64,000 bases of DNA, taken from assembly GCA_034423015.1 (NCBI GenBank), contig DAOUJG010000039.1, positions 75,633-139,632 on the forward strand. Reading direction: 5' to 3'. Numbering within the stretch: position 1 is the stretch's first letter; each line of letters opens with the position of its first letter. The position numbers and the translations under genes were made by a program. The stretch comes from Dehalococcoidia bacterium (lineage in GTDB: Bacteria; Chloroflexota; Dehalococcoidia; Lucifugimonadales; JAGWBF01). Below the pieces are notes generated by a model, which made no database searches, was not told where the DNA came from, and saw nothing but the letters and a program-made list of their open reading frames with translations. Positions 8,811-18,791 of the stretch are shown here, in pieces.

Positions 8811-9494
8811 ATGGACCTGGAAACCGTCGATTCCCTGCTTACCACGACCCGCAGCGTCCGCAAGCGCCTAGACCTGGACCGCCCGGTGGAACCCGAGGTG
8901 ATCGAGCGGTGCATAGAGATCGCCATGCAGGCGCCCACGGCGTCCAACCTGCAGGGATGGCACTTCGTCGTAGTCCGGGACCCGGCGAAGCGGGCCGCCA
9001 TAGGCGACATATATCGGAGGGGGTTCGCCGAGTACCGGGCCATGCAGGAGCGCCGGTCGCCTCTGTGGGGACCCGAGGACCTCCGGGCGGTCCAGCGCAT
9101 GCGCATAGGACCCTCCAGCGGGTACCTCGCCGAGAACATGCACCGGGTGCCCGTGCTCATCATTCCCTGCGTGGAGAGCGAGATGGCCGAGGTGCCCCAC
9201 CTCTCGGAGGTCAGGGAGCATGAGTCCCTGTACAACGCGACCATCTACGGGTCGATACTGCCCGCCGCTTGGTCGTTGATGCTGGCGCTTCGCGCCCGGG
9301 GGCTCGGAGCGGCGTGGACCACTCTTCACCTGATGTACGAGGCAGAGGCGGCCCAGGTGCTGGGTATTCCCGAAAACGTGATGCAGGCCGCGTTGCTCCC
9401 CATCGCCTACTACACCGGGTCGGGCTTCAGGCCCGCCAGGCGGCTTCCCGCCCGAGAGCTGACCCACTGGGACCGCTGGAAGGGCAGCCGGTAG
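8811..9494 (+). CDS. nitroreductase family protein
   Basis: 227-aa ORF; LLTTTRSVRKRLDLDRPVEPEVIERCIEIAMQAPTASNLQGWHFVVV matches the nitroreductase N-terminal signature. RBS aggag. Confidence 0.8.
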   Translation: MDLETVDSLLTTTRSVRKRLDLDRPVEPEVIERCIEIAMQAPTASNLQGWHFVVVRDPAKRAAIGDIYRRGFAEYRAMQERRSPLWGPEDLRAVQRMRIGPSSGYLAENMHRVPVLIIPCVESEMAEVPHLSEVREHESLYNATIYGSILPAAWSLMLALRARGLGAAWTTLHLMYEAEAAQVLGIPENVMQAALLPIAYYTGSGFRPARRLPARELTHWDRWKGSR

Positions 9495-9530
9495 CCCGGT
9501 ACGGGGCGTCGGCCACCGACTAGGGCCCAA

Positions 9531-10823
9531 CTAGGGATAGAGGCCGCGGACCCTTATCGCCTCCTCCAGTCGCCTGACGGCAAGGAGCATCGCCGCCTCC
9601 CGCAGGTCGACCTTCTCCGCCCGGGACATGGCAAAAATCTCGGCGAAGCTATCTGCGATGATCCGGTCCATCTTCTGGTTGATCTCACCGATGTCCCAGA
9701 AATAGCGCTGGATGTCCTGCACCCACTCGAAGTAGGAGACGACGACCCCGCCGGCGTTGGCCAGGATGTCGGGGACTACCATGACACCCTTGTCCTCCAG
9801 GATCCTGTCGGCCTCGGGAGTCGTGGGCCCGTTCGCCCCCTCCACCACGACCCGCGCCCGCACTCCATCGGCGTTGTCGACCCTGATCTGGGCCTCCAAA
9901 GCGGCGGGGATGAGGATATCGCAGGGAAGGGACATCAGCTCCTTGGGAGACACGGGCTCCGACCCCGGATACCCGCCCACGGTGCCCGTGGCCCTTTCGT
10001 GGGCCTGCAGGTCGTCGGGGTCTATGCCGCCCTCGTAGTAGGACGACCCGAGGCTGTCGGCGGCCGCGATGAGCACGCAGCCCTCCTGGGCCAGGAGTCG
10101 GGCCGCCGTGGACCCCACGTTGCCGAAACCCTGCACCACCATCCGGGCGCCGCGCAGGTCCATGCCCAGCCGGGCCGCCGCCTCCCTGACGGAGATCATG
10201 ACGCCCCGTCCGGTGGCGTCGACCCTCCCCAGCGACCCGCCGATGCTCACGGGCTTGCCAGTAACGACGCCCGGTACGGTGAAGCCGCTGTGCATGCTTA
10301 TGGTGTCCATTATCCAGGCCATGATACGCCCGTCGGTGTTCATGTCCGGAGCCGGGATGTCCCTGTCGGGACCGATGAGGATGGATATCTCCGTAGCGTA
10401 ACGCCTGGTCATGCGTTCCAGCTCGGCCTCGGACATATCCCTGGGGTCGCAGGCCACGCCGCCCTTGGCGCCTCCGTACGGGATGCCGGTGATGGCGCAC
10501 TTCCAGGTCATCCACATGGCCAGCGCCTTCACCTCGTCCAACGTAACGTCGGGATGGTAGCGTATCCCTCCCTTGCCCGGGCCCCTGGACAGGTTGTGCT
10601 GCACCCGGTAACCCTTGAAGACCCTGACGTCGCCGTCGTCCATTCTCACGGGGATGGCGACGGTGAGCTCTCTCTTGGGCGTGCTCAATACCCGGCGGAT
10701 CCCCTCGTCTATACCCAACCTGTCGGCGGCGGCCTGGAACTGCTCCAGGGCCATGCCGTAGATGGATGCCGGCGGCGGCCCGGAGTCATGGCCTGCGGCG
10801 GGGTCATCCTGGATCTTCAGCAC
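9531..10823 (-). CDS. Glu/Leu/Phe/Val dehydrogenase family, glutamate dehydrogenase
   Basis: KGGIRYHP, GIPYGGAKGG (catalytic Lys region) and GFGNVG Rossmann motif. GTG start at 10823 is tentative (alternative ATG at 10754). Confidence 0.9.
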   Translation of the reverse strand: MLKIQDDPAAGHDSGPPPASIYGMALEQFQAAADRLGIDEGIRRVLSTPKRELTVAIPVRMDDGDVRVFKGYRVQHNLSRGPGKGGIRYHPDVTLDEVKALAMWMTWKCAITGIPYGGAKGGVACDPRDMSEAELERMTRRYATEISILIGPDRDIPAPDMNTDGRIMAWIMDTISMHSGFTVPGVVTGKPVSIGGSLGRVDATGRGVMISVREAAARLGMDLRGARMVVQGFGNVGSTAARLLAQEGCVLIAAADSLGSSYYEGGIDPDDLQAHERATGTVGGYPGSEPVSPKELMSLPCDILIPAALEAQIRVDNADGVRARVVVEGANGPTTPEADRILEDKGVMVVPDILANAGGVVVSYFEWVQDIQRYFWDIGEINQKMDRIIADSFAEIFAMSRAEKVDLREAAMLLAVRRLEEAIRVRGLYP

Positions 10824-11103
10824 TGCTTACACCCCCTTGAGTCTTTTGACACGGGCCCAAGAGCGCCGGAAGCGACAGCCCTCTCGCGAAGACCGGACCG
10901 TTCGGACGCTGCCCTTGCAAACAATGATAACACGTACGCGTCGGGGCTTTCCCGAACGGGCACAGTCATACCCACATCAATTCGGTAGTCTTCGAAGGGG
11001 CCGCGGTGTACAATTGCATGCGAGTCACACGGTCTACGCGACCCTTGGAGATTCCAGGCCAGCGGCGACACCAACGCCACCTGAGGCCAGTAAGGAGCAG
11101 GGA

Positions 11104-11589
11104 ATGGCTGCCGACCACGAGGGGTTCATGAGGATGGGTCTGGAGGAGGCCGAGAGGGCCGGGGCCGAAGGCAACGACGGAGTGGGCGCCGTGATAGTCC
11201 GCGGCGGGTCCGTGGTGGCCATAGGCAGGAACCGGATCTACACGACCAACGACCCGACGGCCCACGCCGAGACGGACGCCATAAGAAACGGCGGGGAGGC
11301 CCTGGTCAACGAGCCGGCATCGGACTACGTTCTCTACACCACCGCGGAGCCGTGCCCGATGTGCTGTGCCGCGATAATGGGGGCCGGCATCGGGACGCTG
11401 GTGATGGGGGGACGCTACCAGCGCTCCCGCGGCCGCTGGGGCGATTGGGGGGTGGAGCGGCTGATCGACCTGGTCGGCCGGAGCGACAGCTTCCAGGTGG
11501 TCACCGGCATCCTGGTTGACGAGTGCCTGTCGGTGTCGGGGAAGTGGCGGGAGAAAAACACCCCGGGCCGGAAGAGCCCGTCACTCTAG
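11104..11589 (+). CDS. zinc-dependent nucleoside/nucleotide deaminase (CMP/dCMP deaminase fold; TadA/guanine-deaminase-like)
   Basis: H-A-E (TAHAETDAI) and PCxxC (EPCPMCCAAI) zinc motifs. Start ATG 11104 behind aaggag. Confidence 0.8.
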   Translation: MAADHEGFMRMGLEEAERAGAEGNDGVGAVIVRGGSVVAIGRNRIYTTNDPTAHAETDAIRNGGEALVNEPASDYVLYTTAEPCPMCCAAIMGAGIGTLVMGGRYQRSRGRWGDWGVERLIDLVGRSDSFQVVTGILVDECLSVSGKWREKNTPGRKSPSL

Positions 11590-11645
11590 CGACGCGCGCA
11601 GCCCGGGTCCGGCCTCCACGAGACCCGGAGAAGCGAACGCCCCAA

Positions 11646-13064
11646 CTATATCGGCGGGCGTCTCCGGTGCCACTCCGTCGCCTGCTCGTAGGCGTGGGCC
11701 GCCCTGAGCACCGTCAGCTCGTCGAAGGGCCTGCCCGCAATCTGCAACGACAGGGGCAGACCGTCCTGGAAGCCGCACGGGACGCAGATGGCGGGAGCGC
11801 CTGACAGGCTGTACGGGCCGCGGAAGCTGCCCTCCACCAACGCCGCGTAGGCCTGCTCCTTGCTGTCCACTGTGGGATGCTCCACCAGCCTGCCGGCGGG
11901 GGCCGACGCGATGGGATGCACCAGCACGTCGACCCGGCCGAGGGCATCCAAAACCTCCCGCCGTATCATCTCCCGGAGCTTCAACGCCTTGAGATACACA
12001 TGTCCCGGAAGCAGGTTGGCGGTGGTGAAGCCGACCCTGGTGACGTAGTGGTGCTCCTCCGGCCTCTCCCGCAGCCAGTCCGGGTGGATGCTCACGCGCT
12101 CCACGTGGCTGATGGTGCGGGTCACCGGGCCGGAGGAGACGGCCATGGGCAGGGACACGTCGGTCACGTCTGCGCCCCGGTCCCTGAGCACCTCCGCGGC
12201 GGAGAGGACAGCGTCCCTGGTCACCTGCCCGAGGCCCAGTTCCGGCGTATCCAGGAACTCCCGGACCACTCCCACCCGCAGGCCCTTGACGTCCCCGCTC
12301 AGGCTGCCCATGTAGTCCTGCACAGGAGCCGGGCTGGAATAGGGGTCCCTGGGGTCGTGGTCCGCGATGGCCCCCAGGGTCATCGCACAGTCTGAGACGG
12401 TGCGGGAGATTGGACCCACTGTGTCTATGGACCAGCAAGCGCCGTCCACCCCGTACCGGCTCACCCGACCCCACGAGGGCCGGAGGCCGGCCAGGCCGCA
12501 GTTGGCCGCGGGATTCCGAACGGAGCCCCCGGTGTCCTCTCCCAGGGAGGTGGCGCAGAGAAAAGCGGCCGTCGCCGCCCCGGAGCCCGTGCTGGAGCCG
12601 CCCGGTGTGCGCTCCAGGTCCCACGGATTTCGCGCCGGACCGGTCAGGGAGCTCACGGGCTCGCCAAGGGCGAACTCGCTCATGTTCAGCTTCCCAAGGA
12701 GCACGGCGCCCGCTTCCTTCAACCTCGTCACCACCGTGGCGTCCTCCTGGGGGACGAAGCCCGCTCTGACCCGGGAGCCGTCGGTAGTGAGGATGCCCCT
12801 GGTGTGTATCTGGTCCTTGATGGCGATGGGAACGCCGTGCATCGGCCCCCGATACCGGCCGGCGGCTATCTCCGACCCGGCCTCGCGAGCGGCCTCCAGG
12901 GCCTCGTCGGCGCACAGGGTCACGTAGGAGTTCACCTTCGAGTCGACGGCGGCAATCCGCTCCAGGTAGGCCTCGGTGACCTCCAGCGGCGAGAGCTCCC
13001 CCGCCTTCATCCTGGCGGATAGCTCTGTGGCGGAGAGAAAAACTATGTCGGATGCGGCCACCAT
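11646..13064 (-). CDS. amidase (amidase-signature family), copy 1
   Basis: GGSSTGSGAA and GTDTGGS-like AS-family motifs. N-terminus MVAASDIVFLSATELSARMKAGELSPLEVTEAYLERI. Start ATG 13064 (ORF-track start 13475 rejected). Confidence 0.9.
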   Translation of the reverse strand: MVAASDIVFLSATELSARMKAGELSPLEVTEAYLERIAAVDSKVNSYVTLCADEALEAAREAGSEIAAGRYRGPMHGVPIAIKDQIHTRGILTTDGSRVRAGFVPQEDATVVTRLKEAGAVLLGKLNMSEFALGEPVSSLTGPARNPWDLERTPGGSSTGSGAATAAFLCATSLGEDTGGSVRNPAANCGLAGLRPSWGRVSRYGVDGACWSIDTVGPISRTVSDCAMTLGAIADHDPRDPYSSPAPVQDYMGSLSGDVKGLRVGVVREFLDTPELGLGQVTRDAVLSAAEVLRDRGADVTDVSLPMAVSSGPVTRTISHVERVSIHPDWLRERPEEHHYVTRVGFTTANLLPGHVYLKALKLREMIRREVLDALGRVDVLVHPIASAPAGRLVEHPTVDSKEQAYAALVEGSFRGPYSLSGAPAICVPCGFQDGLPLSLQIAGRPFDELTVLRAAHAYEQATEWHRRRPPI

Positions 13065-13135
13065 ACCCCCTTCCCGATTACGGTTCTGACAGATACAGGG
13101 TGTCCACGGAGCCCCACGGTCCGCTCCGCGGCCGG

Positions 13136-14314
13136 TTACTCGTAGGGTTGGAGCTCGATCTCGTGGAGCGCGGGAACGACCTCTTTGCCCAGCAGCTCGA
13201 TGGACCGCATGACGTCCTCGTGAGGGATCGGACCGTCGATGCCGATGAGGATCAGGTATCCCGGGTTCAGCTTCTCGACGGTGCCGGCCAGCTTGCGGGT
13301 GACGGTCTCGGGGCTCCCCACGACGATGGCGTTCATCTGCTGCTGCTCCTCGTAGGTGAGCGCCCGTCCCGGGCCCACAGGCCTGCGCTGCTGCATGGTC
13401 CGGGCCACCCGGGACTGGTAGCCCGGCGGGTCGTTGTGCTCCCTTGGGCCCCTCTGGCGGTGCCCGATGGTCCACATGAAGCCTCTGCCCAGCTCTTGGG
13501 CCTTCTCATCGGTGTCGGCCACCAGCGCGCGGAGCTGGTACCCGAAGTGCTCGGGTCCGGGCTTGAACCCGACCTCGTGGGCCGTGTCGATGTACGCCTG
13601 CTTCAGCTCCATCGTCAGGTCGATGAGAGCGCCCAGGTTCATGTAGGCGTAGCCGTGGGAGGCCGCCCAGCGCACGCTCTCGGGGCTGCTGTTGCCGGGG
13701 AACCAGACGGGAGGATGGGGTTTCTGCATGGGCAGCACCCACGGGTTCACGGCCCGGTAGTGGTAGTACTTCCCCTCGTACCGGAAGGGTCCGGGCTCGG
13801 TCCAACACCTGATGATCAGGTCGTGGGCCTCCTCGAAACGCTCCCTGTTCTCGGTGGGGTTGATGCCCGCCTGGAGGGTCTCCACTGCCCCGCCCCGGAC
13901 GAACCCGGAGATTATCCGCCCGCCGGAGTAGCAGTCCAGCATGGCGATCTCCTCGGCCAGGCGGACGGGGTCCCCGATGGGGATGATGTTGCCCAGTATG
14001 GCGATCTTGACCCTCTCGGTGATCTTGCTGATCACCGCGGCGTCCAGGTTGGCCGAGGGCTTCATGTTGCCGTAATACGAGTGGTGCTCGTTGGTCATGA
14101 TCCCGTCGATGCCCACCTCGTCGGCCAGGGCGTACTGCTCGTGGTACTGGTTGTAGAGCTCGTGGGCCTTGTGGGGATCGAAGTAGGTGTTTGGGAACAG
14201 CAGGCGGCCCGCGCCGTACCGGTCCAGCTCCTCGTCGGACACGTGCACGTAGGGCTGCTGGGAGTGGAAGTAGACTTCCACGCTGTCCCTGGGCGGGTTG
14301 AGCTTCACGACCAT
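13136..14314 (-). CDS. LLM-class (luciferase-like) flavin-dependent oxidoreductase, copy 1
   Basis: 392 aa; GIDGIMTNEHHS and IAMLDCYSGGRIISGFVRG are typical LLM segments. Roughly 70% identical by eye to the ORF at 58886-60046. Confidence 0.85.
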   Translation of the reverse strand: MVVKLNPPRDSVEVYFHSQQPYVHVSDEELDRYGAGRLLFPNTYFDPHKAHELYNQYHEQYALADEVGIDGIMTNEHHSYYGNMKPSANLDAAVISKITERVKIAILGNIIPIGDPVRLAEEIAMLDCYSGGRIISGFVRGGAVETLQAGINPTENRERFEEAHDLIIRCWTEPGPFRYEGKYYHYRAVNPWVLPMQKPHPPVWFPGNSSPESVRWAASHGYAYMNLGALIDLTMELKQAYIDTAHEVGFKPGPEHFGYQLRALVADTDEKAQELGRGFMWTIGHRQRGPREHNDPPGYQSRVARTMQQRRPVGPGRALTYEEQQQMNAIVVGSPETVTRKLAGTVEKLNPGYLILIGIDGPIPHEDVMRSIELLGKEVVPALHEIELQPYE

Positions 14315-14396
14315 GACGCCCTCCCTCGGAAGACCCGGGATGCGGTCGGACGGCGGCCGAAGACGGCCCCGAACGGAGCAATTGTAGCACGGGGGC

Positions 14397-15812
14397 TCAG
14401 ATTATGGGCGGCAGGCGCTCTCGCCAGGGCCTGGCCCGCTCGAAGGCCGCGGATGCCCTGAGCACAGTGGCCTCCTCCTCTCGTCTTCCCACGATCTGGA
14501 GGCCGATTGGCATGCCGTCGGAGGAGAAGCCGCAGGGTACGCTGGCGGCGGTCTGCATGGTCATGTTGAAGGGGAAGGTGAAGGGGGTGTAGCCGAAGAA
14601 GGGCTCCACCGGCCGGCCTCCTATGACAGCCGGGTGCTCTCCGACGGGGAAGGCGGGGACCGCCATCGTCGGAGTGAGCAGCAGGTCGTAGGCCTGGAAG
14701 AGGTCCTCCATCTGGACCTGGAGCTGCTGGACCCTCAGCAGGGCCAGGGAGTAGTCGCCCACCGACCGGGTGCTGCCGCGCTCGATGGCCTCCAGCGCGT
14801 AGTCCGTCAGCTCCTCGCCGTGGTCTTCCAGCAGGTGCCCGTACCCGGTGAAGCCGCCGATGGCGAACAGGTCCCAAAAGGCCGGGAACGGGTCCTCCAC
14901 GGTCACTCCCGGCTCGTCCACCGAGCACCCCAGCTCCTCGAACACCCGCGCCGCTGCCGCGGTAGCCGCGGCCACCTCTCCATCCACCGGGGCGTACCCC
15001 AGGTCCGGACTCCAGGCTACTCGCAGCCCCGGCAGACCATCCTCCAGTCTCTGGAAGAAGTCGGGCGGCTCGGCCCTCATGCATCCCGGGTCCCTGGCGT
15101 CGGGGCCGGCCAGCACCTGCAGCAGCAGGGCGCTGTCCCCGACCGTCCGGGTCATGGGGCCGGACTGGGAGAAGGTGTTGTAGCCCGGCCTTCCGACCCC
15201 ACCGACGCGGGGTACGCGGCCCTGGCCCGGCTTGATGCCGTAGATGCCGGTGAAGCTGGACGGGATCCTGATGGACCCGCCCCCGTCGCTGCCGGTGGCC
15301 ATGGTGCAGAGGCCCGCCGCCACGGCGGCCCCTGCCCCGCCCGAGGAGCCCCCCGGGGTCCGCTCGGGGTCCCAGGGGTTGCGGGCGGCCTCTCCCAGCC
15401 GGTTCTCCGTGGTCCCCGAGAAGCCGAACTCGGGGGTGTTGGTCTTGCCGAGAATCACCGCCCCGGCGGCCTTGACCCTCTCCACGACCAGGCTGTCCTG
15501 CTCGGGGACGTGGTCCCGGAACACCAGGCTCCCCATGGTGGTCCGTATCCCGGCGGTCAGCTCCAGGTCCTTGACGGACACGGGGACCCCGTGCAGGGGG
15601 CCCAGGGACTCGCCGCGGGCCGAGGCTTGGTCGGCCCTGGAGGCCGCCGCCAGCGCCTCCTCGGGCGTGACCGTGAGATAGGCGTTGAGCCGGGGGTTCA
15701 GGGAGTCGATGCGCCCCAGGAACATCTCGGTCAGCTCCACGCTGGACACCTCCCGGGCGGCCAGGAGGCGCGTCACCTCGGAGGCCGGTGCAAAGGCGAG
15801 GTCTTTCGTCAC
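14397..15812 (-). CDS. amidase (amidase-signature family), copy 2
   Basis: GGSSGGAGAA and SDGGGSIRIP AS motifs. GTG start at 15812 is inferred from alignment with the other amidase N-termini, so the start is uncertain. Confidence 0.85.
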   Translation of the reverse strand: MTKDLAFAPASEVTRLLAAREVSSVELTEMFLGRIDSLNPRLNAYLTVTPEEALAAASRADQASARGESLGPLHGVPVSVKDLELTAGIRTTMGSLVFRDHVPEQDSLVVERVKAAGAVILGKTNTPEFGFSGTTENRLGEAARNPWDPERTPGGSSGGAGAAVAAGLCTMATGSDGGGSIRIPSSFTGIYGIKPGQGRVPRVGGVGRPGYNTFSQSGPMTRTVGDSALLLQVLAGPDARDPGCMRAEPPDFFQRLEDGLPGLRVAWSPDLGYAPVDGEVAAATAAAARVFEELGCSVDEPGVTVEDPFPAFWDLFAIGGFTGYGHLLEDHGEELTDYALEAIERGSTRSVGDYSLALLRVQQLQVQMEDLFQAYDLLLTPTMAVPAFPVGEHPAVIGGRPVEPFFGYTPFTFPFNMTMQTAASVPCGFSSDGMPIGLQIVGRREEEATVLRASAAFERARPWRERLPPII

Positions 15813-15988
15813 GGGACCATCTCGAACACCATGGGTGTCGCTGGACTGGCGATGCGGTGGGTTGGGTAATCGTAGAGCAGGAGTCAAGAGAGTGTCAAGA
15901 ACGGCCCGCGGCCACAGTGGGTCCCCTTGCCTGACCCTAGACCGCCACGGCGGGAGTGTGGCATAATATAGGCATCCACTAGGCAATG

Positions 15989-16338
15989 GGGACGCGCGGG
16001 CTCGACAGGGGGATGCTTGGCGGAATTGCAGGCCGAGGCGCCACCGCACCTCGTAAAAAGGTGGCACAAAAGTAACTGGCGATCGTGAACTCGCCCTAGC
16101 TGCCTAAGCGCAGCTACGTCCGCCCTGGCTGCTCCCGGAGGCCGGGAAGCGGGCGCCATAAATCCGGGATGCTGCCAGCCCAACGCCGATGAGGCCGGCC
16201 CAAGAACAATCGGCTACGTCTCCGGAGATTCGGCCGGCGGAAGCTCCGGCAGGCGAAGCAAATAGCCGGATAAGCCTGTAGCACATTCCAGTTGGGAGCC
16301 TTCTGGACGGGGAGTTCGACCCTCCCCCGTCTCCACCA
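15989..16338 (+). ncRNA. ssrA: tmRNA (transfer-messenger RNA)
   Basis: 5' GGGGACGCGCGGGCUCGACAGGGG. 3' GGGAG-UUCGACC-CUCCC T-arm followed by CGUCUCC-ACCA. The 7-bp acceptor stem contains G3:U (Ala identity). Internal tag ORF ends ...GAT CGT GAA CTC GCC CTA GCT GCC TAA (..DRELALAA*). Confidence 0.88.
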
Positions 16339-16353
16339 ACCACGGGCAATCAT

Positions 16354-16385
16354 GCGCCTCCGGCCCACCAGCCGGAGGCGCTTCA
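16354..16385 (+). terminator. stem-loop terminator downstream of ssrA
   Basis: Perfect 11-bp stem gcgcctccggc/gccggaggcgc with 6-nt loop, 15 nt after the CCA end, followed by ttcacgtt. Confidence 0.6.
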
Positions 16386-16542
16386 CGTTCCTAGCCATGC
16401 ACAGGTTCCCACAAGGCTCGACATCAAGACCGCGGCTTGCGGTTTTCGGCAAATTCCGGCGCATTTTGCTCCTAATCCAATCCGTATATGAAGGCAACAC
16501 TCATTACGAAAGAGCTATTTGTTCCTCCTAAATAAAGCTATA

Positions 16543-16572
16543 TTGACATGAGTTATCCCCACGTGATACTTT
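16543..16572 (+). promoter_or_regulatory. promoter candidate for ABC cluster 1 (TTGACA-18-TACTTT with TG extension)
   Basis: Lies in an AT-richer 150-bp patch. -35 at 16543-16548, TG at 16564-16565, -10 at 16567-16572. Confidence 0.35.
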
Positions 16573-16671
16573 TGTCGTGCTATCTACCCATGGCCGCCAG
16601 CCCATGGGACCAGGCGGCCCTCACGCTGGGATAGGTTCGCGAGAATATAGCCAGATACCGGAGGTGACGCA

Positions 16672-18746
16672 ATGGGTCGTTCTTGGCTGACTAGCTTCAG
16701 ATGGTGGATCCTGGCTCCCCTGTTGACGTTGCTCGTCCTGGCGGCGGCCTGCGGAGAGGCCGCGACGCCGGAACCCGCACCCACCTCGCCTCCCGCCCCG
16801 GCGGGCGTACCGCCGAGGACGTGGCAGCCGCGGTCCAGGCCGCCGTGGCGGGCCTCCAGCCCGGAGCTCCGGGCGTGTCGCCCGAAGAGATGATGGCCAT
16901 GGTGGAGCAGGCCGTGGCCGCCCAGGCCCAGCCCGGCGCCTCCGCCGCAGAGATAGACGCCATGGTGAAGGCGGCCACAGCGGCGGCCGCCGAGGGCGCA
17001 GTCTCCACAGAGGAGTTGCAGGCGGCCATCGACCAGGCCGTGTCCGACGCCGTGATGCAGGCCGTGGCGGCCATCCCCACGCCGCTGCCGACCTTTACCC
17101 CCGTTCCCATAGCCACGCCCGCGTCGGCCATGATAACGGCCCCGTGGTTCAGGGAGGGCAGACGGGGCGGCGTGATCCCCATGTCCAACACCTCGGACCA
17201 GGGGTTCACCGATCCCCACGCCGAGCCCGGCACCGCCGGCCTCACCTCCAAACTGATGGCCCAAGTGCTGAGGTACGACCACGTGGACACCGGGGTCATC
17301 ATCGGGGACCTGGCCAAGACCTGGGACGTGAGCGCAGACGGCCAAGCCTACACTTTCTTTTTCCACGAGGCCAAGTGGCCCGATGGACGGGCCATTACCG
17401 CCGAGGACGTGAAGTTCAGCCTGGACCGGATGGTGGAGGAGGGCAGCCCCAGGCCCAGGGCAGGCAACCTGAGGCCCTACTACGCCGGCTCCGAGGTGAT
17501 AGACGCCGAAACCCTGAAGGTGAACACCACCATCGCCTACGCCCCGGGCTTCCTCCAGTACCTGGCGATAAACTACATGAAGATACTGCCCAAGCATATC
17601 CTGGAGCCCATGGAGAACGACGAGGCCCAGCAGCGGTTCCTGAACAATCCCGACAACCTCAACAGCGTGGTGTCGGGCCCCTTCAGGGTGCAGTCCTACC
17701 TGCAGGACAACTTCTGGGAGTACGAGAGAAACCCCGGCTACTTCAAGGAGGGGCTGCCCTTCCTGGATGGAATCCGTGTGTTCATCATCAAGAACCTGAC
17801 CAAGCTCACCACGGCCTTCAGGACGGAACAGGTGCTGATGAACCACAACGCGGATATGGGCCTCACCCTCAGGGACCTGGTCGCCTTCCAGGAAGACATG
17901 CGGGGGATCGTCAACGTCCACTTCCTGGGGGCCACGGCCTTCGACGGCTTCACCCTCAACCACACCAAGCCGCCCCTGGACAACCCCAACGTCAGGAGGG
18001 CCATCTACCTGGCCTTTGACCGCCTGGACTTCATAAACACGAACCACCAGGGCCAGGCCAGGATGGGCACCCCCTTCCCGCCGGGCACCTGGATGACCCC
18101 TCCGGACGAGGTGGTGGCCACGTGGCCGGGTTTCCGCTACGTCGACAAGGACGGCAACCCGCTGACGAACTACTACGACGTGCCCGACGCGGTGAAGGAC
18201 CCCAGGGACCTGGAGGAGGCCAACAGGCTGCTCGACGAGGCCGGCTTCGACAGGAGCCAGACCTTTACCTGGCTCATGGGGAATGCGCCCCTGCACAAGA
18301 ACATGGGCACCCTGGCCAAGCAGCAGCTGGAGAAGAACATAGGCGTGAAGATCGAGCTGGAGCTCCAAGAGTTCGCCAGCATCTTCGAGCGCGCCATCTC
18401 CGGCAACTACGACTTCTTCTTCCTCTGGCACGGGATCAACATCTCGGACTCGGACGAGCTGTTCAACCAGATATACGTGACCCCGGGCGGCTCGAAGAAC
18501 CGGCTCAACTGGGAGCATCCCAGGATACAGGAGCTGTTTTACGAGTCGGCCAGGGAGCCGGACCCGACGGCACGCCAGGCGCTGATCTGGGAGGCGGGCG
18601 ACATCCTGCGCCAGGGGGAGGACCACTGGTTCGGCATCGACTGGCGGCAGAACTACGTCGCCGTGAACAACAAGGTCCAGAACTTCTTCCCCGCCCAGAC
18701 GTACCAGCAGGGGAACCACCACGAAGCCATCTGGCTGGCCGAGTAG
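16672..18746 (+). pseudogene. ABC transporter substrate-binding lipoprotein, family 5 (Dpp/Opp-type), with an apparent 1-nt frameshift near 16800-16810
   Basis: The signal peptide and lipobox (MGRSWLTSFRWWILAPLLTLLVLAAAC) are in the frame starting at 16672. The mature SBP_bac_5-like domain is in the frame of ORF 16701-18746. The intact paralog is at 33654-35870. Confidence 0.6.
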
Positions 18747-18791
18747 TCCGAGCGCGGGAAGCCACATACCCGGGATGACATCCCGGTAGAC

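Noticed and set aside
10824-11103. Possible riboswitch or sRNA in the 280-bp gdh/deaminase divergent region.
   Set aside because: I could not recognise any known riboswitch core or a convincing conserved structure by eye. Only a TGtTACAAT-like -10 (about 11005-11016) was seen. This would need a covariance-model scan.
16104-16500. ORFs 16104-16349, 16114-16500 and 15884-16183 on the minus strand.
   Set aside because: They lie on top of the tmRNA gene and its terminator. The region is explained by ssrA.
16382-16671. Genomic island integrated at the tmRNA 3' end.
   Set aside because: There is no integrase, no duplicated ssrA 3' segment in the window, and the downstream genes match the high-GC core. 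Only a short AT-richer promoter patch is present.
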